The notes below the pieces were generated by a model that was not told the DNA's origin, ran no database searches, and saw only the letters and a list, made by a program, of their open reading frames with translations. DNA of 64,000 nt, taken from NCBI GenBank assembly GCA_040767085.1, contig JAXGPF010000008.1, positions 160,001 to 224,000 of the forward strand, given 5' to 3'. Shown here in pieces: positions 1 to 9,910 of this stretch; within the stretch, counting starts at the first letter, position 1, and each line of letters opens with the position of its first letter. This DNA is from Kiritimatiellia bacterium. Its GTDB lineage: Bacteria; Verrucomicrobiota; Kiritimatiellia; JAAZAB01. A program made the position numbers and the translations under genes.

Positions 1-369
1 CGGCGTGCGGACGACGGCCACGGCCGGCGCGAACAGCGCCGCCGCCTCGGTGATGGATGCGGCGTCGGTTGCGCCGGCGTGGAAGAAGGCCGCGGGGCCG
101 CCGGCGTCGGACGCTTCATCCGCGCCGGCCGCGCGCGATTCCAGGATGGCGTTGGCCGGCACCGCCAGGACGTTGTAGCCCAAGTCCAGGAAAAGCGCCT
201 GATCGTCCTGCTTGATTACCGGCGCCGTGATGACCGCCCCGCCGCGCAGGGTGATGGATGCGACCCGTTGGCTCGGGCCGGCGGCCGCGCCCGCTGCCAA
301 GGCCAGGAGTCCCAGTCCCGACGCCAGTTTGTTCCGGACGTTTGACAGAGCGAAAACGTGAAATCCCAT
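1..369 (-). CDS. N-terminal part of a secreted protein, probably a trypsin-like (S1C) serine protease; runs off the window edge
   Basis: Own translation from ATG at 369: MGFHVFALSNVRNKLASGLGLLALAAGAAAG...LFLDLGYNVLAVPANAI...PAVAVVRTP. Signal-like N-terminus; AVAVVRTP resembles the segment before the GSGF motif. Catalytic motifs would lie outside the window. Confidence 0.45.
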   Translation of the reverse strand, partial: MGFHVFALSNVRNKLASGLGLLALAAGAAAGPSQRVASITLRGGAVITAPVIKQDDQALFLDLGYNVLAVPANAILESRAAGADEASDAGGPAAFFHAGATDAASITEAAALFAPAVAVVRTP

Positions 370-460
370 ACGGCACAGTGTAATGGAAAAACCAGGAAAT
401 GAAAGCGGAAACATCCAGCCCCGGTAGGCGTCCCTTCCAGCTGGGCGGCCAAACATTTTG

Positions 461-490
461 ATTGACATGGCTGGTCAATAAGTACAGATT
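461..490 (+). promoter_or_regulatory. ATTGAC-N7-GTCAAT palindrome containing a TTGACA -35 with CAGATT -10 at 17 bp, between divergent genes
   Basis: ATTGAC 461-466, GTCAAT 474-479, TTGACA 462-467, CAGATT 485-490. Confidence 0.4.
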
Positions 491-541
491 AACGCGAATT
501 GCAGTTGTCAAAACTGGTGCATCCATTGCGCCGACGAAAGG

Positions 542-1915
542 ATGGGCGGCCTCATGCAGAAGAATCAAAAACAGCGGAAAAATGCGCGTATCTGGATATT
601 GTTGATTGGGGCGCTGTGCGCCGGATTGTCCGTTTTGCCGGCGGCGGCCGAGGAGCCGGCGGCCGCTGTTGAGCCGGCCTCTGCCGCCGCGCCAGCCGCT
701 GCGGCCGCCCTGGAGCCGGCGGCGGCCCCGTCCAACGCCGCCGCCACCGCCACCGCCGCTGCGCCGGCGGCGGAGCAACCCGCCGCCGATCCGGCGGAAG
801 TGATCGTTACCGTCAACGAACAAAAAGTCACCCGCGGCGATTACACCCGCGAGACCGAAGAAATCGCCCTGATGCTGAAGACCCGCGGCGTGCCCGAATC
901 CCAGTTTGAGGCCATGATCAAGAATTTCAAGCCTCAGATCGTGGACGGCTTGGTCACCCGGGCGTTGATCAACCAGGCCTGCGCTGACAAAAAGATCACC
1001 GTCAGCGACGAGGACCTGGCCGCTAAAATCGCCGCTTTCGAAAAAAACCTCCCCAAGAATCTGACGCTGGCCGGCGTGCTGAAACAAAGCGGCTTGACGC
1101 GCGAGATGTTCGAAAACGATATGCGGGAGCAGTTGAAACTGGAAAAACTGCTGCAAATCGGCCAGGCGACCGAGGAACAGGTCATCGCTTATTACGAGGA
1201 AAACAAGGCCCGCTTTTTTGAAAAGCCGGAAATGACGCATGCCCGGCACATCCTGATCGCCGTCAAGCCAAATGACACCGACGAGCAAAAAAAGGAGAAG
1301 CGCGCGCGCGCCGAACAACTGCTCAAGCAACTCAAGGAAGAGCAAGTCGACTTCGCCAAGCTGGCGGAGGAAAATTCCGATTGCCCCAGCAAGGCCATGG
1401 GCGGCGATCTCGGGGAATTCTGGCGGGGCCAGATGGACGAGAAGTTCGCAGACGCGGCCTTTGGCATGCAGACCAACGAAATCAGCGGCGTGGTGGAAAC
1501 CCGGTACGGTTACCATATCATCCAAACCCTGGGCCATACCGAGCCGAAAACCCTGGAACTGAATGAAGTGCGCGAACGCATTGTCGAGGCGCTGAAAGGC
1601 CGCGCCATCCAGGAAAAGGCCGAGTCCTTCATGGATGAAATGCGCAAGCAGGCCCAGATTACTTATGCCAAGGATTTTGACCCGGCCCAGAAAACCGAGA
1701 CGGAGCAACCCGCGGGCGAGCCGCGGGCTGAACCGGGCGCCGCCGCGCCGGACGCCTCCAAGCCCGCCGCGGATGCAGCCGCCAGCGCGCCGGCTGGCAC
1801 CGCTGAGCCAAAGACCGCCCCGGCCGATGCCCCTGCAAAAACGGCCGAACCGCCGGCCGAACCGGCCGATGCCCCTGCAAAAACGGCCGAACCGACGGCC
1901 GCCCCGGCCAATTGA
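542..1915 (+). CDS. Parvulin (PpiC-type) peptidyl-prolyl isomerase / PrsA-SurA-like foldase
   Basis: Signal peptide, SurA-like N-domain, HARHILI...FAKLAEENSDCPSKAMGGDLG...VETRYGYHII rotamase motifs, Ala/Pro-rich tails; start may be 554. Confidence 0.9.
   Translation: MGGLMQKNQKQRKNARIWILLIGALCAGLSVLPAAAEEPAAAVEPASAAAPAAAAALEPAAAPSNAAATATAAAPAAEQPAADPAEVIVTVNEQKVTRGDYTRETEEIALMLKTRGVPESQFEAMIKNFKPQIVDGLVTRALINQACADKKITVSDEDLAAKIAAFEKNLPKNLTLAGVLKQSGLTREMFENDMREQLKLEKLLQIGQATEEQVIAYYEENKARFFEKPEMTHARHILIAVKPNDTDEQKKEKRARAEQLLKQLKEEQVDFAKLAEENSDCPSKAMGGDLGEFWRGQMDEKFADAAFGMQTNEISGVVETRYGYHIIQTLGHTEPKTLELNEVRERIVEALKGRAIQEKAESFMDEMRKQAQITYAKDFDPAQKTETEQPAGEPRAEPGAAAPDASKPAADAAASAPAGTAEPKTAPADAPAKTAEPPAEPADAPAKTAEPTAAPAN
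1820..1901 (+). repeat. 42-bp-period in-frame tandem repeat (PADAPAKTAEP x2) in the PPIase tail
   Basis: ccggccgatgcccctgcaaaaacggccgaaccg identical at 1820 and 1862. Confidence 0.9.
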
Positions 1916-2140
1916 ACGCCGGGCGCCGATCAATCGGCGGCTTGTGCCGTGTGGGCGGGACGGCTTTGGCCGCGCCGTGCTCCGGGCGGTCTATGCTTGT
2001 ATGGCCGGCCAGGCCTGGCGGTATCCCACGCTTGCGCAGTCTGGCGCCGGAGGGAATTGGGCCGGGTTGAAACATTCCAAACGTTAGTTTTGAAATTGGC
2101 TCGCAATGGACAATCCACGCTTGATTTTGATCCTGAAATT

Positions 2141-3163
2141 ATGAAACCGGATGAATTGCTGGAGTTGAAGGCGCAGGCGCTGCGGGAGATCGGCCAGGCC
2201 GGCGCGCCGGAACCATTGGAGGCTTTGCGCGTCAAATACCTGGGCCGCAAAGGGTTGCTCGCCGGCATCATGCAGGCGCTCAAATCCGCCGGTCCCGATG
2301 AACGTCCGCAACTGGGGCGCCTGGCCAACGAGTATAAAACGGAAGTGGCGGCAGCCTTGGAACAACGCCGCAGCGCCTTGCAGGCGCCGGCCGCGCCCGG
2401 CGGCGCGGAACGCTTCGATTGGACCCAACCCGGGTACTGGCCGCGGCCGGGCGCCTGCCATCCCATCAGCATGATCATTGAGGATGCGGTGCGGATTTTC
2501 ACCGCCATGGGCTTTACGGTGGCCGATGGCCCCGACATGGAGACCGATTATTACAATTTCGAAGCCTTGAACACCCCGGCCGATCATCCCGCGCGCGACC
2601 TGCAGGACACGTTCTGGCTGGCGGACGGGCGCCTGCTGCGGTCCCAGACTTCGCCGGTCCAGATTCGGGTGATGGAACGCCAGGCGCCCCCGGTGCGCAT
2701 TATCGCTCCGGGACGCGTTTACCGCCGCGACACCACCGATGCCACGCATAGCGCCAATTTTCACCAGATTGAAGGGTTGTACGTGGACTGCCAGGTGTCG
2801 CTGGCGGACTTGAAGCGCGACATCACCTGCTTTGCGCAGAGCATGATGGGACCCGATGTGCGCGTGCGTTTCCGCCCGCATTTCTTCCCGTTCACCGAAC
2901 CCAGCGTGGAATACGATTTTTCCTGCCATGTCTGCGGCGGCCGCGGTTGCCGCGTCTGCAAGCAAAGCGGCTGGATTGAAATTTCCGGCGCCGGGCTGGT
3001 GCATCCGCGCGTCTTTGAAAAAGTCGGGTACGACCCGGAAACCTTCAGCGGTTACGCTTTCGGCATGGGCGTCGAACGGATCGCCATGATCAAGTACGGC
3101 ATCCGCGATATCCGCGAACTATATGCCAACGATTTGCGTTTTTTGGAGCAGTTCCAGCCATGA
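2141..3163 (+). CDS. pheS: Phenylalanine-tRNA ligase alpha subunit
   Basis: LRVKYLGRKG, HPARDLQDTF, LLRSQTSPVQIR, RFRPHFFPFTEPS, AFGMGVERIAM motifs; overlaps pheT start. Confidence 0.98.
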   Translation: MKPDELLELKAQALREIGQAGAPEPLEALRVKYLGRKGLLAGIMQALKSAGPDERPQLGRLANEYKTEVAAALEQRRSALQAPAAPGGAERFDWTQPGYWPRPGACHPISMIIEDAVRIFTAMGFTVADGPDMETDYYNFEALNTPADHPARDLQDTFWLADGRLLRSQTSPVQIRVMERQAPPVRIIAPGRVYRRDTTDATHSANFHQIEGLYVDCQVSLADLKRDITCFAQSMMGPDVRVRFRPHFFPFTEPSVEYDFSCHVCGGRGCRVCKQSGWIEISGAGLVHPRVFEKVGYDPETFSGYAFGMGVERIAMIKYGIRDIRELYANDLRFLEQFQP

Positions 3164-5694
3164 AAGTATCTTTGAATTGGTTGCATGAATTGGTCGCCTT
3201 CGATGCCGCTCCCGGCGCCCTGGCCGAGCGCCTGACATTCGCCGGCCTGGAAGTAGAGGCGGTGGCGGAGTCCGGCACGGACCTGCGGGAGATTGTGGCG
3301 GCTGAAGTGCTGGCCATCAGCCCCCATCCCCGGGCCGACCGGCTGCGGCTCTGCGACGTGGCCGACGGACGGCAAACGGTCCGGGTGGTTTGTGGCGCCG
3401 CTAATTTCGCGGTGGGCGACAAGGTTCCGTTGGCCCGGCCCGGCGCCGTGCTGGCCGGCGGCGTCCGCATCAAGCCGGCGGTGCTGCGGGGCGAAAAGTC
3501 CGACGGCATGCTTTGCGCGGCTGATGAACTGGGAGTCAGCGACGACCACCAGGGCTTGATGCTGTTGCCGCCGGAGACGCCCCCGGGGACGCCGCTGGCT
3601 GAAATCGTCGGCCCGGCCGACCATGTGTTGACCATCGAAGTTACGCCCAACCGTCCGGATTGCATGAGCATGATCGGGATTGCCCGCGAGGTCGCCGCCC
3701 TCTACGGCAGCCGCCTGCAACGGCCGGCCGCGCCCCTGCCGGAGCCGCTGCCGGCGCCTGACGCGGCGTTCCAGGTCGCGGTGGAGGATGCGGCGGATTG
3801 CCCGCGTTACATGGCCTGGCGGCTGGCGGATGTGGCCGTGCGTCCCAGCCCGTGGCGACTGCAGCGGCGGCTGTTTCAAGCCGGGATCCGGCCGATCAAC
3901 AACGTGGTGGATATCACCAATTACGTGATGCTGGAAAGCGGCCAGCCTTTGCATGCCTTTGACCAATCACTGCTGCACGGCGGGCAAATCCGGGTGCGGC
4001 GCGCCCGCGCCGGGGAAACCCTGGTCACGCTCGACGATGTGCCGCGTAAATTGACGCCGGACATGCTGGTGATTGCCGATGCCGAACGGCCGGTGGCGCT
4101 GGCCGGGATCATGGGCGGGGCGGGCAGCGGCATCCAGGATGCCACCCGCGCGGTGGTCCTGGAAAGCGCCTGCTTCCAAAGCGGCCTGATCCGGCGCGCC
4201 AGCCGCGCCCTGGGCCTGACTTCCGAAGCCACGGCCCGGTTTGAGCGCGGCGTGGACGCCCTGCAGACGGACTGGGCGGCCCGGCGCGCGGTCTCGCTGA
4301 TGATCCAGCTGGCCGGCGCGCGGCTGGCGGCCGCCCCGGCGGATGTTTTCCTGCTGGAGCCGAAGTCCCGCAAAATCGAATGCCGTTTCGACCGCCTGCG
4401 GCAACGGCTGGGGCTGGACATATCCGACGACGCCATGACTGCCATCTTCGAGGCGTTGGAATTGCAGGTGCCGGCGCGCGGCCGGAAGAGCTGCACTGTC
4501 TCCGTGCCGCCCTTCCGCCCCGACCTGGAAGGCGAGGCCGACTTGCTGGAAGAGGTCGCCCGTTTGCACGGGCTGGATAAGCTGCCGGCGCCGCCGGCGT
4601 CTGCCCAGTCATCCGCCACGCGGGAGTCGCATGCCCGGGCCATGGCCGTCATGCGGCTGAGGGCCGGCTTGACGGGCATGGGGCTCACGGAAATCATGAA
4701 TTACAGTTTTACCGGATCGCGTTTGCTGGATTTGTGCGATGGCAGTTGCCCGGAAAAACGCGTGCCGATACCCAATCCCGTCAGCGCCGACCACGGCTGG
4801 CTGCGTAATTCGCTGCTGCCGCAGATGGTTGAAACCCTGGGCCAGAATCGCGCCCGCCAGGTCCAGGATGCCGCCTTTTTTGAAATCGGCCGCGTGTTTT
4901 TCGTTCCGGACGCCGCGGCCGCCGCCGGTCATGCTGTTGACCGCCCGCCGGCCGGTCCCGCCGCGGCGGCAGCCCTGCCGGCCGCCGAAATGGATGTGTT
5001 GGCCGTCGGTCTCATGGGCGCCGCCGGCCGGCCGCCGCTGGACCAGCGGCGGCCGGTGGCGGACGAAGAGGCCTGGTTGTGGCTGAAGGGCATCCTGGAA
5101 AACCTGTGCCGGATGATGAAGTTCGATTTGCCGGGCGCCGGCCGGGGACCGTTCCACGCCGCCGCCCTTCGGCTGGCGCCGGCGGAAGAGGCGCCCTCCG
5201 GCTTTGACTGGCCCAACCGCGCCGCGTTCGCACCCGGCCGCGGCTTCGCGGTGCTGCTGGACGGACGGCCGATCGGCCGGGCCGGCTTGATCCGGCCGGG
5301 CTTGCGCCAGGAATGGCGGATCCATGAGCCGTTGGCCGCGGCGGAGCTGGCGGTGGCGCCTTTGCTGGCCCGCCTGGAGGCGGTCTGCGCTCCCCGGACA
5401 CCGCCGGTGTATCCGGCGGTGCAGCGCGACCTGGCCATGCGCGTGCCGCTGGCCTTGACGCATGCCCGCATTCTGGAAGTGATTGAAAAATTAGCGCCGC
5501 CGGAATTGACGGATGTCAAACTTTTTGATATATTCCAAGGCAAGCAGATAGGAGCGGGTTATAAAAGCCTGGCTTATGCGCTGACTTACCGCTCCGGCAG
5601 CAAGACCCTCACGGATGAGGATGTGAATGCAATGCATAACCTCATCCTGGAGGGATTGCGCAGGGAATTGCAGGCGGAAATAAGGATTGGGTAG
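3160..5694 (+). CDS. pheT: Phenylalanine-tRNA ligase beta subunit
   Basis: MKVSLNWL, tRNA-binding OB domain (VVCGAAN, SDGMLCA), TPNRPDC, INNVVDITNYVMLE, FDX-ACB C-terminus (YPAVQRDLA, KSLAY). Confidence 0.98.
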   Translation: MKVSLNWLHELVAFDAAPGALAERLTFAGLEVEAVAESGTDLREIVAAEVLAISPHPRADRLRLCDVADGRQTVRVVCGAANFAVGDKVPLARPGAVLAGGVRIKPAVLRGEKSDGMLCAADELGVSDDHQGLMLLPPETPPGTPLAEIVGPADHVLTIEVTPNRPDCMSMIGIAREVAALYGSRLQRPAAPLPEPLPAPDAAFQVAVEDAADCPRYMAWRLADVAVRPSPWRLQRRLFQAGIRPINNVVDITNYVMLESGQPLHAFDQSLLHGGQIRVRRARAGETLVTLDDVPRKLTPDMLVIADAERPVALAGIMGGAGSGIQDATRAVVLESACFQSGLIRRASRALGLTSEATARFERGVDALQTDWAARRAVSLMIQLAGARLAAAPADVFLLEPKSRKIECRFDRLRQRLGLDISDDAMTAIFEALELQVPARGRKSCTVSVPPFRPDLEGEADLLEEVARLHGLDKLPAPPASAQSSATRESHARAMAVMRLRAGLTGMGLTEIMNYSFTGSRLLDLCDGSCPEKRVPIPNPVSADHGWLRNSLLPQMVETLGQNRARQVQDAAFFEIGRVFFVPDAAAAAGHAVDRPPAGPAAAAALPAAEMDVLAVGLMGAAGRPPLDQRRPVADEEAWLWLKGILENLCRMMKFDLPGAGRGPFHAAALRLAPAEEAPSGFDWPNRAAFAPGRGFAVLLDGRPIGRAGLIRPGLRQEWRIHEPLAAAELAVAPLLARLEAVCAPRTPPVYPAVQRDLAMRVPLALTHARILEVIEKLAPPELTDVKLFDIFQGKQIGAGYKSLAYALTYRSGSKTLTDEDVNAMHNLILEGLRRELQAEIRIG

Positions 5695-6026
5695 TTGGCG
5701 GTCGGATGGAAAGGTAGTCAACCGTGCAGGGTTAGTGAATGATCTTCAGCATGGCAAAATTGATAATGTGTTTCTTCTCAGGCGCGCGGGCTTCGCTCTG
5801 CGCGTCTGTTGACGGCGCAAGGCGCCCGTGGCGCGCGCCGGTTTGGCGGTGGGATTCCGGCGGGGCCGGACTGGTGCGCGCGGTCAGGGCCGCGGCGGCG
5901 CTCTGGCGTCCCGGGTTTATCATACAGGATAGCGCCCGGTGTATGTGGCGTTGTCCGCCATGTTGGTTCTTTCACAGTCAATCGGTTCTTGCCGCGCATC
6001 CGTAAGGATGACGCGCCCAAAGATTC

Positions 6027-6204
6027 GAATACCCTGCCTGGTGCGTGGTTGGGCCTGTTTTCTGACCCATTAACAATCCAACGGGGAGCCGGATGCGGTT
6101 GGGGGCTGCATGCCCCGCCCGGGGAAGCAAATCCCAGCCGCTATGGCGCCCACTTGGCTTTATCGGAACAGATAAGGGTTCGTAACGGCCGAGGTGGGGT
6201 ATTC
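6027..6204 (+). ncRNA. ssrS: 6S RNA (putative)
   Basis: 178 nt with complementary termini (gaataccctgcct / aggtggggtattc) and internal GGGAGC, CCCAC and GGTTC motifs typical of 6S RNA; lies in the pheT-ygfA-rny neighbourhood where ssrS is commonly found. Confidence 0.75.
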
Positions 6205-6224
6205 CTTTTTTGGGGGCAGATTCG

Positions 6225-7604
6225 ATGGACCTTTTTGAAACCACTTCCGCGGAAAAGCCGGCCAACGCGCCCCTGGCCGCCCGCATGCGCCCCCGCACCC
6301 TGGATGAAATCTTCGGGCAGGACCACCTGCTGGGGCCGGGCATGCTCCTGCGCCGCGCCGTGGAGTCCGACCGCCTCGGCAGCATCATCCTTTACGGGCC
6401 GCCCGGCTGCGGCAAGACTTCGCTGGCCGAAGTGATCGCCGGCGTTACCCGCCGCCGCTTCGAGCGCATCAGCGGCGTGATCGCCAATGTCAGCGCGCTG
6501 CGGGATATTCTGCAGTCCGCCGCCCAGCGCCGCCGGCGCGACGCCACGGAAACCATTCTTTTTATTGACGAAATCCACCACTTCAACAAGTCGCAGCAGG
6601 ATATCCTGCTGCCTTACGTGGAAGAAGGCGCGGTCACGCTGATCGGCGCCACCACGCACAACCCGTTTTTCTTCATCAACAGTCCGCTCGTCTCCCGCTC
6701 CCAGATTTTCGAACTGCAGGCGCTCAGCGAAGCCGCCATCGGGCAGCTTCTGCGGCGCGCCTTGCAGGACGCCGAACGCGGCTTAGGCGCGCGGCGCATC
6801 CGCGCGGATGACGACGCCCTGGCGCATTTGGGCGTGGTCTGCGAAGGCGACGCCCGCCGCGCGCTGAATGCCCTGGAAATCGCCGCGCTGACCACGCCGC
6901 CGGATGCGGATGGCGCGGTGCATATCAACCGGCGCGCCGCCGAGGATTCCATCCAGAAAAAGGCGGTGCTTTACGACCGCGATGAGGATGGGCATTACGA
7001 CACCATTTCCGCCTTTATCAAGAGCGTGCGCGGCTCCGATCCCCATGCCGCGGTTTACTGGCTGGCCAAAATGCTGGAAGCCGGGGAAGACCCGCGGTTC
7101 ATCGCCCGCCGGCTGATCATCCTGGCCGCCGAGGATATCGGCAATGCCGACCCGCGCGGGCTGCTGGTGGCCAACGCGGCCAAGGAGGCCGTGCTTTTTA
7201 TCGGCATGCCGGAGGCCCGGATCGTGCTCGCCCAGGCCGCGACCTACCTGGCCTGCGCGCCGAAAAGCAATGCTTCCTACATGGCGCTGGAAAAAGCCAT
7301 GCATGACGTCAAGACCGGCCGGGTCTTGCCCGTGCCCAAGCACCTGCGCGGCGCCAGCTACCGCGGCGCCGAAAAACTCGGCCATACCGGCTACCGCTAC
7401 GCCCACGATTTTGAAGGCCACGTGGTGGACCAGGAATACATTCCCACTTCCGCCGTGTATTACACTCCCGGCGACCAGGGTTACGAGGTGAACATCCGGC
7501 AGCAAATGGAACGCTGCGCGGAAATCCGGCGGCGGCAGAAACAGGCGGCGGAAAAAAACAAAAAATCGCCGGAAAAAGGCGGGGAAGCGGCCCCGGAAAC
7601 TTGA
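6225..7604 (+). CDS. rarA: Replication-associated recombination protein A (RarA/MgsA AAA+ ATPase)
   Basis: PLAARMRP, GPPGCGKT Walker A, LFIDEIHHFNKSQQD, HYDTISAFIKSVRGSDP, AAEDIGNADP. Confidence 0.96.
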   Translation: MDLFETTSAEKPANAPLAARMRPRTLDEIFGQDHLLGPGMLLRRAVESDRLGSIILYGPPGCGKTSLAEVIAGVTRRRFERISGVIANVSALRDILQSAAQRRRRDATETILFIDEIHHFNKSQQDILLPYVEEGAVTLIGATTHNPFFFINSPLVSRSQIFELQALSEAAIGQLLRRALQDAERGLGARRIRADDDALAHLGVVCEGDARRALNALEIAALTTPPDADGAVHINRRAAEDSIQKKAVLYDRDEDGHYDTISAFIKSVRGSDPHAAVYWLAKMLEAGEDPRFIARRLIILAAEDIGNADPRGLLVANAAKEAVLFIGMPEARIVLAQAATYLACAPKSNASYMALEKAMHDVKTGRVLPVPKHLRGASYRGAEKLGHTGYRYAHDFEGHVVDQEYIPTSAVYYTPGDQGYEVNIRQQMERCAEIRRRQKQAAEKNKKSPEKGGEAAPET

Positions 7605-7676
7605 TCCGGGAGTGGCCGGCAATGGTTATCGGCAGTTGGCGATCAGAATTTATTAGTCGGTAAACAATGATGTGTT

Positions 7677-8336
7677 ATGCCTGGACGGAACAATAATCCA
7701 ACCGCTCAATCCGCTGCCGGCGCTGTGGCGGCGCAGCCGTGTTGCGCATCCGCCCCGACCCCGCCCGGCAAGGCGGGCATCCGCGCCGCCATGCGCCGCC
7801 GCCGCGCGGCGCTTACACCCGCGCAGGTCCGGCAGGCCAGCGCGGCCGCCCAGGCGCGCCTGGCGCAATTGCCGGAGTGGTCCGCCGCCGACGCCGTCTG
7901 CTGCTACCTGGCGGCCCCGGGGGAAATCCAGACCGGCTGGCTGCTGGAAGATTGCCGCCGGCAGGGCCGCCGGGTATGCGTGCCGGCGTTCTGCCGGCGC
8001 CGCCGGGAATATTTTCCCGCTTGGCTGTTGCCGGATGCCGCGCTGGCGCCCGGTTACGGCGGGATTGACGAACCGCGCGATCCGCAGTGGGTGGCGGCCG
8101 GCGAGCGGGTGGACCTGGCGGTGGTGCCCGGGCTGGCGTTCGATCCTGCCGGCATGCGCCTGGGACATGGCGGCGGGCATTACGACCGGCTGCTGGCGCA
8201 GTCCGCCTTGCGCGGGGCTTTCAAGATCGGATTGGCTTTCGGAATGCAGGTGGTGAAAGAATTGCCAGGCTGCCCGTGGGACATTGTTATGGACGCGGTG
8301 GTGACGGAGCTTGGCATGTATCGTAAACAAACATGA
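7677..8336 (+). CDS. ygfA: 5-formyltetrahydrofolate cyclo-ligase
   Basis: KAGIRAAMRRRR, DLAVVPGLAFD, RLGHGGGHYDRLL, WDIVMDAVVTE; start uncertain. Confidence 0.92.
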   Translation: MPGRNNNPTAQSAAGAVAAQPCCASAPTPPGKAGIRAAMRRRRAALTPAQVRQASAAAQARLAQLPEWSAADAVCCYLAAPGEIQTGWLLEDCRRQGRRVCVPAFCRRRREYFPAWLLPDAALAPGYGGIDEPRDPQWVAAGERVDLAVVPGLAFDPAGMRLGHGGGHYDRLLAQSALRGAFKIGLAFGMQVVKELPGCPWDIVMDAVVTELGMYRKQT

Positions 8337-8349
8337 CGGGAGGTTGACA

Positions 8350-9903
8350 ATGACGCAATGGTGGACCGGGGCGCTGGTGGTGATGCTGGCGGGCACTCTG
8401 GGTTATTACATAAGGTTGATCATCGGACGCTATGCCGCCAAATCCTGCGAACACGAGGTAAAGCGTTTGCAGGCCGAGGCCGGCCGGGAAGCGGATAACA
8501 TCCGCAAGGAAGCCGCCCTGCAGGCCAAGAGCGAGGCGCTCAAGGCGCGGGAGTCGCTGGAAGATGAAATCAAGCGCCGGCGCCAGGAAATGGCGGCCCA
8601 GGAAGAGCGCATGAACCAGCGGGAAGTCAATCTCGACCGCAAGGTGGCGATGATTGACAAGAAAAACCAGGTCATCGAACAGAAACTTGCCGAGGCGGAG
8701 AAAAAGGAAAAAGAGCAGCAGCAGCAGCGCGAGGCCTGCGAGGCCCTGATCAAGCAGGAAAAGGACAAGTTGCAGCGGATCGCCGGCATGACGCCCGAAG
8801 AGGCCCGGCGCATGCTCATGGCGCGCATGGAGGAGGAAATCCGGGGCGAAACCGGCATGCTCATCCGCCGGCGCCAGGAGGAAGCCCGGCAGACGGCCGA
8901 ACGCGAGGCCCGGCGGATTGTCGCCACCGCCATCCAGCGGTACGCGCTCAGCCATGCCGCGGAATTGATGACCAGCACCGTCACGCTGCCCAGCGATGAC
9001 ATGAAGGGGCGGATCATCGGCCGCGAAGGGCGTAATATCCGCGCTTTGGAAGCCGCCACCGGCGTGGATCTGCTGGTGGACGATACCCCGGAAGCCGTGG
9101 TGATTTCCGCCTTCGATCCCATGCGCCGGGAAATTGCCCGGCAAATCCTGGAGCGCCTCATCGCCGACGGCCGGATTCATCCGGCGCGGATCGAGGAAAT
9201 CACGGCCAAGGTCAAAGAGGAAATCGAGGAAACCATCCGCACTACCGGCGAGGAATCCGTTTTTGCCATCGGCATCCAGAGCGTGAACCCGGAATTGATC
9301 CGCAACCTGGGGCGCCTGAAATTCCGCAGCAGTTACAGCCAGAACGTCTTGAACCATTCCATGGAAGTGGCCCACCTGATGGGCGTGATGGCCGGCGAAA
9401 TGGGGCTGGACGCCATGCTCGCCAAGCGCATCGGCATGTTCCACGATATCGGCAAGTCGCTGGACAGTGAAGTGGAAGGCAACCACGCCCTGATCGGCGC
9501 CGATTTGCTGCGCCGACATGGCGAAAACCAGGTGGTCGTCAACGCCGTGGCCGCCCACCACGAGGATGTGCCGGCGGAAAGCATTTACGCCATTCTGGCG
9601 GCGGCGGCCGACGCCATTTCCGCCGCGCGCCCGGGCGCGCGCGCGGAAACCAGCGCCATCTACGTCAAGCGCCTGGAACAGCTGGAAGCCATCGCCAACG
9701 GGATGCCCGGCGTGGAAAAATCCTTCGCCATCCAGGCCGGCCGCGAAGTGCGCGTGCTGGTGCAGTCCGACAAGGTGGACGACGCCGGCGCCATGCACCG
9801 CGCACGGGAAATCAGCAAAAAAATCGAGCAGGAACTGCAATACCCCGGGCAAATCCGCGTGACGGTGATCCGCGAAACCCGCTTCGTCGAGTATGCCCGG
9901 TGA
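8350..9903 (+). CDS. rny: Ribonuclease Y
   Basis: N-terminal TM helix, coiled coil, KH domain (MKGRIIGREGRNIR), HD domain (HDIGK), QAGREVRV, YPGQIRVTVIRE; GGGAGG RBS. Confidence 0.97.
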   Translation: MTQWWTGALVVMLAGTLGYYIRLIIGRYAAKSCEHEVKRLQAEAGREADNIRKEAALQAKSEALKARESLEDEIKRRRQEMAAQEERMNQREVNLDRKVAMIDKKNQVIEQKLAEAEKKEKEQQQQREACEALIKQEKDKLQRIAGMTPEEARRMLMARMEEEIRGETGMLIRRRQEEARQTAEREARRIVATAIQRYALSHAAELMTSTVTLPSDDMKGRIIGREGRNIRALEAATGVDLLVDDTPEAVVISAFDPMRREIARQILERLIADGRIHPARIEEITAKVKEEIEETIRTTGEESVFAIGIQSVNPELIRNLGRLKFRSSYSQNVLNHSMEVAHLMGVMAGEMGLDAMLAKRIGMFHDIGKSLDSEVEGNHALIGADLLRRHGENQVVVNAVAAHHEDVPAESIYAILAAAADAISAARPGARAETSAIYVKRLEQLEAIANGMPGVEKSFAIQAGREVRVLVQSDKVDDAGAMHRAREISKKIEQELQYPGQIRVTVIRETRFVEYAR

Positions 9904-9910
9904 CGCGCCG

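Noticed and set aside
116-1933. Long antisense or alternate-frame ORFs (e.g. 116-1933, 8287-10134, 20480-22462, 34242-36131, 40133-42238, 46056-47984, 59035-61023)
   Set aside because: Shadow ORFs opposite well-supported genes, expected in high-GC DNA, with no recognisable motifs.
1916-2140. T-box riboswitch or pheM-type attenuator before pheS; extended pheS start at 1949
   Set aside because: No T-box motif or Phe-rich leader is visible, and PheS homology begins at ATG 2141.
5732-6435. Short ORFs between pheT and rarA as a zapA/zapB candidate
   Set aside because: Arg/Ala/Gly-rich translations without coiled-coil or ZapA features; part of the region is better explained as 6S RNA.
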